A stretch of DNA of 63,107 bases, taken from an uncultured Bifidobacteriaceae bacterium. GTDB taxonomy: Bacteria > Verrucomicrobiota > Verrucomicrobiia > Limisphaerales > UBA11358. Made by a program: the position numbers and the translations under genes. Of the stretch, positions 1 to 8,679 are shown piece by piece (within the stretch, counting starts at the first letter, position 1; each line of letters starts with the position of its first letter). Location: positions 8,583 through 71,689 of the forward strand of contig CAZUBG010000002.1 in assembly GCA_964618545.1 (NCBI GenBank), given 5' to 3'. The notes beneath the pieces are model-generated. The model saw only the letters and a program-made list of their open reading frames with translations, was not told the origin of the DNA and did no database searches.

Positions 1-845
1 GCCGGGGTCAGGGCCATGGGCGACAATTGGTGATCCAGCCACACCCAGTCCCCCAGCACCACCGGCGCGGCCGCCGGGTTTTTGACGGACAAAACGATTT
101 CGCCGTTGGCCTCCAACGTGGCGCGCAGGCCCGGCTGCCAGGGCTTGACTGAGACCGTCACCGCCTGGGACTTGCCCAGCGAGACGTTCGGATGACCGGC
201 CAGGGTGGGCAGCAGCGGCGCAAAATCCTTGGCGTCCAGTTGCAGCACCGCCGGGGTTTCCCCGTTCGTCAGCACCTCCAACTGTTCAATCAACTTCAGG
301 TCCGGCGCGGAAAACGCAAACGCCCGGCCCTTGGGCAGCGCATTCAAGGGACAGCGCCCGCCGCCCCATTTCGCCTCCAGCACCATCATGATCTTGCCGC
401 GCGCGGCCGCCTGCTCGAAATTCTGCGGCAGGATGATGAACAATTCCGCCTGCTCCCCGCCCGCCTCGCGGACCAGCGAAGACACTTTGCGAACCGGGGC
501 CGGTCCGGCGGCTTTGGCCAGCGGACGCCCCGGCTCAGCGGCGGCGGGAGCCGTGAGCGGCCGCCGGGACTTGATCCAGTGCAACCCCACCGCCACGCTG
601 TGCGCGCAAATCTTCCCCCAGCGCCGGGCATCGGGACAATTGCAGAGGTTATCAATATCAATCCCGGACCGGATCACCATCGAGGCGCGAAACGACCCGT
701 CGCCCGCCTGCACCACGCCGCGCAACAGCGGCGGCTCATAAAACGAACTCAGCACCTTGCCCTGTTCGAGATACGCCCGCGCCAGTTTCACCACATCCCA
801 CCCCGCCGCCTGGCTGAGGAGGGCTTCGGTCAATTCAATCGCCAT
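1..845 (-). CDS. SWIM zinc-finger protein, 5' part only (likely N-terminus of a SNF2-family helicase); runs off the window start
   Basis: Manual translation from ATG at 845: MAIELTEALLSQAAGWDVVKLARAY...IDNLCNCPDARRWGKICAHSVAVGLHW (CxC-xn-CxH SWIM motif). No stop before base 1, so it is absent from the ORF track. SNF2 identity is inferred from the usual SWIM-SNF2 architecture. Confidence 0.75.
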   Translation of the reverse strand, partial: MAIELTEALLSQAAGWDVVKLARAYLEQGKVLSSFYEPPLLRGVVQAGDGSFRASMVIRSGIDIDNLCNCPDARRWGKICAHSVAVGLHWIKSRRPLTAPAAAEPGRPLAKAAGPAPVRKVSSLVREAGGEQAELFIILPQNFEQAAARGKIMMVLEAKWGGGRCPLNALPKGRAFAFSAPDLKLIEQLEVLTNGETPAVLQLDAKDFAPLLPTLAGHPNVSLGKSQAVTVSVKPWQPGLRATLEANGEIVLSVKNPAAAPVVLGDWVWLDHQLSPMALTP

Positions 846-1012
846 TGGTGCGTCCAGTATGCGTGAGGGGGGGTGGAAACTAAAATCCAAAAGGGCCTCA
901 ATCAGTCTTATCCGGACATACTTGGACCAAGCTGGACTCAACCGACGCAGGGACAGGAGGCTGTGGGGACAAACTGTCCCCATCCCGGGGCAAGGGTTGG
1001 TTGAACTCCGGT

Positions 1013-1692
1013 TTATCTGGACATACTTGGACTGGGCCGGGGCGGGACTGGCGGGCATGGGGGGCAATGGTGGCAGGCCAAACATTTCACGTTTGCGGCG
1101 TTCGCGTTCCTCGGGGGGAACCCAGGTCTGAACGAGCCAGTCGTGGACTTCGACGTTTTTGGACCACTCCTCGAATTTGGCGACGACTTCCTCCTCGGTT
1201 TTCTCGCGTTCCTCCTCAAGCCAGCCTTCCTGGATGTTCAATTTGGCGGCGCTGTGTTCGCCGCGGCGCAAGCGGGTGATGTCCTGGCAGAGGCTGTGCA
1301 GGACCCGGACCTTGTGCTGGAATTCGTCGGAGACTTCGCCGTTCCAGTTTTGCAGGAGTGAGGCGTAGCGGGCGGCCAGGACGGTGGCCAGGGAATCGGC
1401 GAGGCGGTGGACGGAGGCGGCGAATTCGCCGGCCTCGGCGGCCAGTTCCCGGGCGTCGGCGAGCCAGTCGCGGCGGACCTGCCATTCGGCAAACCCGCCG
1501 GCGCGCCATTCGCTGAGGTTTTGCTTGGTGATGGGGGCCCCGTCAAACTGCTGTTGGAGGACGGCCTGGACGTCGGGACGGTCGTTGAGCCAGCGGAGGA
1601 TTTGGTCGCCCTCGACATTATCATCGAGGCGGCGGTTGAGTTCGTCACGGACGTCGCTGGGCAGGCGCTTGATTATTCCCCCAGCGGCTCAT
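1013..1692 (-). pseudogene. DUF3486 / Mu gp27-like protein with a frameshift at codon 5
   Basis: ATG at 1692 preceded by GAGGGG. Removing one G from TGGGGG gives MSRWGIIKRLPSDVRDELNRRLDD...PITKQNLSEWRAGGFAEW, which resembles the multicopy verrucomicrobial MTRNGKIARLP...NLSEWRxGG family. The 3' end is uncertain. Confidence 0.55.
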
Positions 1693-1910
1693 AACCCCTC
1701 CTGTTGAAGACGTTGATTAATTTCCCGTTCCCCGGGGATGCGACCGAGCAAGCGCAGGCGAACGGACCGGAGTTGTTCCTCCAGGGTCAGGCCGGAGGCC
1801 CGGGTGTTTTCCGCCACGGGCTGATCGAAACGGGCAAAGGCGTGGTCACCGGCCGGATCAGGGTGACGGGTTGGGGAGGTTGGGAGGCATTTGGGTTTGG
1901 TTAGTTTCAT
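1689..1910 (-). CDS. Small hypothetical protein (73 aa), translationally coupled to the DUF3486-like gene
   Basis: ORF track. Its TGA (1691-1689) overlaps the next ATG (ATGA overlap). Confidence 0.4.
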   Translation of the reverse strand: MKLTKPKCLPTSPTRHPDPAGDHAFARFDQPVAENTRASGLTLEEQLRSVRLRLLGRIPGEREINQRLQQEGL

Positions 1911-2268
1911 AATGAGTTCTTGAGTTTTGGGTCAGGAGTAAGCGGGCGGGCGGACGGGATGGGGGAGGAGGGGATGAGCCGTCCCCACCCCACATCGGGG
2001 TGGCGCACCGGGCGCTGCAAAGACAACAGCATCTTCACACCCCCGAGTTTAGCACTGGGGGTGGACATCATCGGGGTAACCATAAAAATATTTTCAGAGC
2101 GGCCAACCGGGGGCAAGTGGTTGTGGGGCAGGTAGTTGCGGAACAAATGGACGGAAGAAAACCAAAGCGGAAACGGAAACCCCAGGGGAATTTGAACACA
2201 AGCAAACGAAGCACGACGGGAAGTCCGGACCGCAACATATAAGCCCACCACGGATTTGGAGCCTTCAG

Positions 2269-2601
2269 GTGAGTCGGCGAATGATCAAAAATGTCCGTTT
2301 GACGAGCCGCATTCCCAGTGGAAATATTCCTCCAACGAACACAAGCGTGTTGACCACCAAGAACCGCATCAGTCTGCCCAATGAAGTCGTCGCGGCGGCG
2401 CGACGGCGTTTGAATGATGAAATTTTCTGGACGGTGGACCGGTCGGGGGAATTGCATGGCCGAAAGCTGGAAAAGGCCTTTTCGCGGCCGGGCCGGATGG
2501 TGAGCGACCGTCAAACCGGACTGGTGTTTTGGCGCGGAGATGTCACCGACGCCGAGGCGGAGGAAGCCGCCTTGCAGGCCAACCTTTCCCGCCACGATTG
2601 A
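2269..2601 (+). CDS. AbrB/MazE/SpoVT-type DNA-binding protein (antitoxin-like)
   Basis: TSVLTTKNRISLPNEVVAAARRRLNDEIFWTV matches the swapped-hairpin pattern (S.lT.KgqIslP.e.......l..gD.i.w.v). Alternative start at 2281. Confidence 0.6.
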   Translation: MSRRMIKNVRLTSRIPSGNIPPTNTSVLTTKNRISLPNEVVAAARRRLNDEIFWTVDRSGELHGRKLEKAFSRPGRMVSDRQTGLVFWRGDVTDAEAEEAALQANLSRHD

Positions 2602-2904
2602 TTATCTGGACACCCCCATGCTTGGGCGGCGGGGAACACGGCGGGCGGCAGCGATGCTGGATTCAGCGTTGCTGACACAACCGAAGTGATGATTCAGAAG
2701 GTGAGCCGCCAAGAATCCATGGATCAGCATATTTTACAACAAGCCGCTGGTTTTCTTTCGTACACCCAAGTAAAAATTCTCAGTTTAGCGCAAGCCAGAA
2801 AACTGGCCGGCAGAAAAAAGGGATGCGCCAAAGCACAAGCGATGTTCAGAGATCAGAACCGCGATTCAAAACCTTCAATCTCCGGCACCAAGGGGGATTC
2901 TTGA
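2598..2904 (+). pseudogene. Possible degenerate PIN/VapC toxin downstream of the AbrB gene
   Basis: TTGATTATCTGGACACC overlaps the AbrB stop; adding one T gives MIYLDT, a typical VapC start. The frame is then broken by stops. Weak similarity only. Confidence 0.2.
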
Positions 2905-3039
2905 CCTGGCAACACCGTCCGAGAACGGTTGGGAGCCAGCGCTGGCTCAGGGGACAGGGTCGTCCTCTTTCAACAACTCCCGGAAAATGGCTGCGGTTTT
3001 AGCGCCGACGGCTGGTGTGCCATTTGACATGGAACGGGG

Positions 3040-3195
3040 TTATTCCTTGAGCAGGTCGGTGATGAGACTCTGATAACCTTTGGCCTTGAGGGCGAGGACC
3101 AGTTTTTGATCGGCCGCCTCGCGCGTCAAACTGCTGTTGAGACGGGTATATGTGCTCCGGTTCAACTGATATTGCTTCATCAAATAAACGGGCAT
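3040..3195 (-). CDS. Short BrnA/CopG-like antitoxin or remnant
   Basis: Ends in ALKAKGYQSLITDLLKE, resembling the BrnA-type C-terminus (..K..G.GYQ..IN..L..). No cognate toxin seen. Confidence 0.3.
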   Translation of the reverse strand: MPVYLMKQYQLNRSTYTRLNSSLTREAADQKLVLALKAKGYQSLITDLLKE

Positions 3196-3310
3196 TGGAC
3201 CGGCAAAGGCAACTGAAAAATCATGGCGCTCGGCACTCCCTGCATCGCGAAGTTGCAGGGAGGACGGACAGATACGCGTTTCTGAACTCGACGAAGTGTC
3301 GTCTCGTCCC

Positions 3311-3340
3311 AAAGCGGCGACCTGTCACCGCACTCCAAAA
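3311..3340. repeat. REP-like imperfect palindrome (AAAGCGGCGAC-ctg-TCACCGCACTCCAAAA)
   Basis: Hairpin GCGGCGAC/GTCACCGC. Reads as LECGDRSPL on the minus strand, a repeat type I recognise from PVC genomes. Confidence 0.55.
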
Positions 3341-3390
3341 TGGCCTTCAGCCCGAAAACCGCCGACCAGTTCGGGACCAGCGCCCGGGGG

Positions 3391-4245
3391 TCAAAGACCC
3401 GGCTGCCGCAGGCCCTCAATGCTGCTGTTCTTGTTGGAAAAAGTGGTGATGGATTTAAGGCAAATCCAATCCGGATCGGGCCCGTTGTTGCCGCCCACAT
3501 TCCATTGGGCGGGCGGGGCCCGGAACGCCACGTCGGCACTGTGACCGTCCACAAAGGTCAGCGAGTAGGTGTTGCCATGACGCGTGGAAGGCAGGCTGGC
3601 CGCCTGATTCGCCTCCCCCATGTCCACGAGAAACATGGAATCCCCGATGGTGCTGGCATCCTCCTCAATCAACCGCCAGACCTGGTCGGGATGCAAAATC
3701 TGGCCCTCGCGCCGAAACAAGGTGTAACTGAGGGTGAGATCATCCGGTGGCGTGTTGAAGGTGGAGAACCCCGTGGGATCGTCATCGGAACAGCCATTCA
3801 TCCAGCAATTCATGGAAAAACTGCGGACCAGCGGCTGGCCGTTGAGATTCCGACCATCGGCGGGGCAGCGATACACATTGGGGGAACAGACATACGGCCA
3901 GATTTTTCCCTGTTGGAGGGCGAATTGATTGGTGCAATCGTAATCCGCCCCGAGGGCGCTGACCGCAGGCGGGGGCTGGGCGGACGCCCACCCCGGACAC
4001 CAGCAATACGGATTGACGGCGTCGCTGCCGGAACCGGCCGACCAACTGGAGACCAACTGGCCGTCATTGTCATCCGTGTACATTTTGCAACCCAGATTCA
4101 ATTGCTGCAAATTGGAAAGACATGCGGTGCGCTGCGCGACGATCTTGCCTTTTGACACCACAGGCATCAGGATGGCCGTCAAAATGGCGATGATGGCCAT
4201 CACGGCGAGCAATTCAATCAGAGTGAACGCTCTTTTCAAGGACAT
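3391..4245 (-). CDS. Prepilin-type N-terminal cleavage/methylation protein with H-X9-DG C-terminal motif (DUF1559-like), copy 1
   Basis: Start [28 protein letters not shown]...CLSNLQQ. C-terminal H-GNTYSLTFV-DG. Start moved from the ORF-track 4437 to the ATG just before the AFTLIEL cleavage site. Confidence 0.9.
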   Translation of the reverse strand: MSLKRAFTLIELLAVMAIIAILTAILMPVVSKGKIVAQRTACLSNLQQLNLGCKMYTDDNDGQLVSSWSAGSGSDAVNPYCWCPGWASAQPPPAVSALGADYDCTNQFALQQGKIWPYVCSPNVYRCPADGRNLNGQPLVRSFSMNCWMNGCSDDDPTGFSTFNTPPDDLTLSYTLFRREGQILHPDQVWRLIEEDASTIGDSMFLVDMGEANQAASLPSTRHGNTYSLTFVDGHSADVAFRAPPAQWNVGGNNGPDPDWICLKSITTFSNKNSSIEGLRQPGL

Positions 4246-4499
4246 GTAATTAGAAAACCAGATGTTTGCCCGCAACTCAAGCTTTTTTGATGATTTTCGG
4301 GCGACCCGGGTTCGACCGAAGGTGGGCGCAACCAATCCTGCCGGCCGGTGTTCATTCAACGCATGAAACCACCGGACTCCGCCCGTCAAACGCTGCGTTT
4401 TCTTTTCGCACGCATTACTGGAATTACTCAATTGCACACCGCCCCAACAGTGCTTATCCTATCCGGCAAAATGAATGGCGGCACAAACATTTACCAGGG

Positions 4500-5987
4500 A
4501 TGAAGCCGATTTCCCATTATTCATGGCTGGCCTGGTTGTTGATCGCCCTGGTGTTGGGCGGGGTCCGGGCGGAGGCGTCGGTTACGACATCGGGATTTGC
4601 GCTGACGGCGTACGATGCGACCAACCTGTTTTTCATCAACACCCCGGTGACGACGTTCATTGATGTGTCCAATGGGTCGGGCTTCACCTTGTTCAACTCT
4701 TATGTCACGAACACCTTTTCCGGTCCGGTGACCATTCTCTCCACCACCACCAATGGTTCAGCCACCGAAGTTGGGGCGACCACCAATCCCAGCGACAACA
4801 CGCTCATCTTTTATTTCGAGAATTTCACCAACGCCGAATCCCTGGAAGTCGCCTTCACCTGGCAACCGCTGACCACCAGTCGGCTCACGAATGTGGTGGA
4901 GGCAGCCAGTTCGGATGAGGACATGACCAACACCGCCAGCACCAACCTGGTGTACCAAGTAATCTATGGCGAGGCGGCGGATCTGGAGGTGACGCAGGCG
5001 GTGGTCTCCCCGGCCACGATCACCAATGACTGGGTGATCACCAACGACTGGGTGACCTACTTGGTGACGGTGACGAATCAGGGGCCCGGCACGGTGCCGG
5101 GAGTGTTGCTGACCAACACCCTGCCGGCAGGCGCGGTCTTGCGCGGAGTGTCGCCGGCCGGAGCCTCGTTCACCGCGATCTCGAACACCGTCATCATCAG
5201 TGTGGGTTCGCTGGGTGACGGCGGGGCGGCCAAATATCAATTGACGATCCAACCGACCGTGGCGGGGGCGGCGGCCCTGGTGGCCAGTGCGGGGGCGGCG
5301 GGATTGTATGACCCCGGCTTGCTCAGCCAAACCAACAATCAATTATTCGTCACCAATTACCTGACGGCCAACCTGTTGGTGGGAACCAACTCGGGGCAGG
5401 TCACCGATCCACAAAACGGTTTAAAGGAACAAACCATCCTGGTCTCCAACCCCGGGGCCAATCCAGTGCCCGCGATCCGGGTGGTGGTGACGGGGTTAAC
5501 CAATCGGTTGTACAACGCCAGCGGCACCAATTACGGATACAACCCCGGCAGCACCAATGCCGGCAATCCTTTTGTGGTTTACCCTGCGCCACTGGCGGCC
5601 AACCATCAGGTGAGCCTGCGCTTGCAGTACACCCCCCGGCTGCCGTTCCCCTTCACGAATGGGCAGCTTCAGGCTTACGCGGTGCCGGCGTCGGTGTTGA
5701 ATTACGCCCCCCTGGCCGCCAGCACTTATGGAACCAACCTCAATTTCAGCCGCATCATCCAACTGGCCAACGACGGCGACCTGCTGCTGGAGTTTCCCTC
5801 CGGCCTGACCAACACTTACACGGTCGTTTACAGTGACAATGTGCAGTTTGGCAATGCCATGATCGCGCTCCCGGTCATCGTGCCCGCCGCCAACCGCACC
5901 CAATGGCTGGATTATGGCCCGCCGGAAACGGTGAGCGCCCCGACCAACTCCAGCCAGAGGTTTTACCGAGTGTACTTGAACCCATGA
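4500..5987 (+). CDS. Secreted DUF11-domain surface protein with C-terminal RFYR domain
   Basis: Signal peptide MKPISHYSWLAWLLIALVLGGVRAEA. DUF11 motif ADLEVTQ...VTYLVTVTNQGP...LTNTLPAGA. Ends SSQRFYRVYLNP. Confidence 0.85.
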   Translation: MKPISHYSWLAWLLIALVLGGVRAEASVTTSGFALTAYDATNLFFINTPVTTFIDVSNGSGFTLFNSYVTNTFSGPVTILSTTTNGSATEVGATTNPSDNTLIFYFENFTNAESLEVAFTWQPLTTSRLTNVVEAASSDEDMTNTASTNLVYQVIYGEAADLEVTQAVVSPATITNDWVITNDWVTYLVTVTNQGPGTVPGVLLTNTLPAGAVLRGVSPAGASFTAISNTVIISVGSLGDGGAAKYQLTIQPTVAGAAALVASAGAAGLYDPGLLSQTNNQLFVTNYLTANLLVGTNSGQVTDPQNGLKEQTILVSNPGANPVPAIRVVVTGLTNRLYNASGTNYGYNPGSTNAGNPFVVYPAPLAANHQVSLRLQYTPRLPFPFTNGQLQAYAVPASVLNYAPLAASTYGTNLNFSRIIQLANDGDLLLEFPSGLTNTYTVVYSDNVQFGNAMIALPVIVPAANRTQWLDYGPPETVSAPTNSSQRFYRVYLNP

Positions 5988-6015
5988 CTTTTCACCGGCC
6001 GCCCGTCAACCCGTT

Positions 6016-7122
6016 ATGAGCCATCTGCGTTTAACCAAATGGTACGCCGGAGGACTCCTGGCCTGGACCGCCGGCTGGGCGCTCCCGGCGCAGGCGCAAT
6101 TTTACGATTCCGAGATCACGGATACTTTCGGCGGAAATCCCGGCACCAACGCCTTCATTCGCATCCCGAAGGATACCGATGACTGGACCCGCCATTTCCG
6201 CCTGGGAGCCATGGTCGGCATGAACATCAGCGCCAAATTTGGGATGACGGGCAGCTTCGGGGTTTCCGGCAACAATCCCGCCGCCGGGAAGTTTGACGAC
6301 GGGTACGTTTACCCGGACCAAAGCGGAGACCCGACCCACACCGGTTACTGGGGATACAATAATGCGTCGCAACTGTCCGGAAACACCCTGACCATGCATG
6401 CCATCACCTCCTTTTCGACCGGGGCTGCGGAATCGCAAAGCGACGGGGGGTTTCAGCCGGGACTGGATGTGGCTTATGGCGACAACCTGTGGTACTGGCG
6501 ACACGCCCGCGTGGGCTGGGAACTGGGCTTTGGCTGGCTGCCCATTAACATCACCAGCACCATTAACCACGAGCCGGTTTACGTCAGCCAATCCGTTTAC
6601 ACCTTCAACACCGGTGGCATTGTGGTTCCCGGCGCGCCGTATCAGGGCGGTCCGAGCGGGGTGGGGGAACCCATCATTGCTTATCCGGCCAACGGGTTTA
6701 CCCCGAGTTCCACCACGAACAGCGCCTCCGGCACCTTGTCCGGGACACATACGCTGGACGCCACGCTTTACACCCTTCGGCTGGGCCCCTCGTTTTATTG
6801 GGATTTGTCCCGGCGCTTCAGCTTGGATCTGGCGGCGGGCCCGGCGGTGGGACTGGTCACGGGCGCATACAAATACAACGAAGTCATCACCACCGCCAGC
6901 GGTGGCACCCCGAATTCCGGCGAGGTTTCCGGCTTGGATGTGGTGTATGGCGGCTATGTCAATGGCACCTTCCTGTACCACCTCAAAAACGACGCCGACG
7001 TCTACCTGGGAGCCCAATTCATGCCCATGACGGATGCCACTTTCAGCGGCTCCGGCCGCACGGGGCGCCTTGATCTGGGCGGGCAACTCTATTTCTCCCT
7101 GGGCTTCAACTGGGCGTTTTGA
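6016..7122 (+). CDS. Outer-membrane beta-barrel protein
   Basis: Signal peptide ending AQA, alternating amphipathic strands in the C-terminal half, terminal LYFSLGFNWAF with final Phe (BamA signal). 29 bp downstream of the DUF11 gene. Confidence 0.8.
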   Translation: MSHLRLTKWYAGGLLAWTAGWALPAQAQFYDSEITDTFGGNPGTNAFIRIPKDTDDWTRHFRLGAMVGMNISAKFGMTGSFGVSGNNPAAGKFDDGYVYPDQSGDPTHTGYWGYNNASQLSGNTLTMHAITSFSTGAAESQSDGGFQPGLDVAYGDNLWYWRHARVGWELGFGWLPINITSTINHEPVYVSQSVYTFNTGGIVVPGAPYQGGPSGVGEPIIAYPANGFTPSSTTNSASGTLSGTHTLDATLYTLRLGPSFYWDLSRRFSLDLAAGPAVGLVTGAYKYNEVITTASGGTPNSGEVSGLDVVYGGYVNGTFLYHLKNDADVYLGAQFMPMTDATFSGSGRTGRLDLGGQLYFSLGFNWAF

Positions 7123-7356
7123 CGGCTTCTCCTCGTCCCCCTGGCGGCGGCGGCCGAGGAGACGAGGATCAGGGCATTTCCATCAAATCTATCACGTTGC
7201 GTCCGAACCCCTGCGGGAAACAGTCTTTTCCATCAATTCGCTTAAGTTGAGCCCGGGGAACCCATCGTCTCTCATTCCGGCCGACCACTCCCGTCCCCGC
7301 TGAAAATGTTTTGACTTGGTCCTGGATTCGGGGATAGTCAGCACCAAGTTCCACCG

Positions 7357-8535
7357 ATGAAAAGCAAAATGCGACGCATTGCGGTCGTCGGCCTGCCGAT
7401 GCTGCAATCCGTGAATAATCTGGGCAGCGTGGCCATCGCCAATTACGCCGAACGCCGGGGCAACTGGCGGTTTGTGCTCGGGGCGGAGGCGACGGTGGCG
7501 GCGTTTCAATTTTTGCGCACGGTGGAGTGCGACGGGGCCATCGTCCGCATCCTCTCACCGGCCATGAAGCGCGAGGCGCTGAAGGTGCGCGTGCCCCTGA
7601 TCAACGTTTCCTCGTGGCTGGATCATCCCGGGGTGCCGACCGTGCGCCACGATTACCAAACCTGCGGCCGGCTGGCGGCGGAGCATCTGATCGGGAAGGG
7701 CTTCCGCCGGTTCGGCTGCGTGCTGGTGCCGGGGGGATGCATTCCCAAACGCTGCAAAATGTTTTTGGAAACCCTGCAGAAGCGGGATTTAAAAGCCAGT
7801 TTGTTCCATTTGCAAAATCCCAGGCCCTTCCTGCGGCAGCCGGTCTCCACCGGCGAACACCGGCGCTTTGTGGAATGGATCCGCACCCTGCCGCCACCGG
7901 CGGCGCTGGTGCTGATGGACGACTGGGACGCCCCGGTGCTGATGCGCGCCTGCCAGGAGGCCGGCCTGGCCATCCCCCGCGATCTGGTGGTGCTTTCCAT
8001 CGGCCTCCACAGCGAGACCCTCGCGCAGTGTCCGGTGCCGTTGAGCGCCGTCCAGGAGGATCATGAAACCCAAATGAAGACGGTGGTGGAAAGCCTGGAA
8101 CAGATGATGTCCGGCGCCCGGATGGCCGACCGGCTGGTCGAGGTGCCGCCAGTGGGGGTGGTTGAGCGCGCCTCCACCGCCACCCTGGCGATTGAAAACC
8201 GGGCGGTGGCGCGTGCGCTGGATTATATGCGCGCGCATCTCGGGCAGCCCATCAACATCGCCACCGTGGCGGATGAAACGGGAATTTCGCGCGCCACCCT
8301 CGACCGCCAGTTTCAAGAGGAGACCGGCCGGACGCCGCATGATTATCTGGTGGAAGAGCGGATTGGCCGGGCACAGGAAATGTTGCAGGCCCGCCCGCCC
8401 GCCAGCCTTGCGCAAATCGCCCGGACGTGCGGATTTGCCAATCGCCGCCGGTTGAACCTGGTGTTCAAGCAGGTCACCGGCAAATTGCCCGCCCAGTGGC
8501 GGCGAACCCCCGGATCGTTACGCCCTGTAAAATAG
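7357..8535 (+). CDS. XylR-family transcriptional regulator (periplasmic-binding-protein-like domain plus AraC HTH)
   Basis: N-terminal ligand domain (GRLAAEHLIGKGFRRF) and C-terminal AraC double HTH (VADETGISRATLDRQF...IARTCGFANRRRLNLVFKQVTGKLPAQWR). Confidence 0.9.
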   Translation: MKSKMRRIAVVGLPMLQSVNNLGSVAIANYAERRGNWRFVLGAEATVAAFQFLRTVECDGAIVRILSPAMKREALKVRVPLINVSSWLDHPGVPTVRHDYQTCGRLAAEHLIGKGFRRFGCVLVPGGCIPKRCKMFLETLQKRDLKASLFHLQNPRPFLRQPVSTGEHRRFVEWIRTLPPPAALVLMDDWDAPVLMRACQEAGLAIPRDLVVLSIGLHSETLAQCPVPLSAVQEDHETQMKTVVESLEQMMSGARMADRLVEVPPVGVVERASTATLAIENRAVARALDYMRAHLGQPINIATVADETGISRATLDRQFQEETGRTPHDYLVEERIGRAQEMLQARPPASLAQIARTCGFANRRRLNLVFKQVTGKLPAQWRRTPGSLRPVK

Positions 8536-8679
8536 CGCCGTGCGAACCCCGCAGCCCATAAACCGCATCCTCCTCAAACGAGTTTCGCAACCCGTTTTAA
8601 GATCTCAAAATTTGACACCCATTAAACAGGCGACCGGTCCTGGCGCAAAGGGCCTGTCCGCCGCCGACTCCAGTATTTC

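Noticed and set aside
192-866. 224-aa and 178-aa plus-strand ORFs
   Set aside because: Antisense to the SWIM gene, which has the recognisable motif.
2049-2058. TTAGCACTG resembling half of a CIRCE element
   Set aside because: No second arm, and no chaperone gene follows. No CIRCE was seen upstream of hsp20-lon either.
2210-2240. GGGAAGTCCGGAC resembling the RNase P RNA motif GAGGAAAGUCC
   Set aside because: Imperfect match, and no downstream conserved RNase P segments were found.
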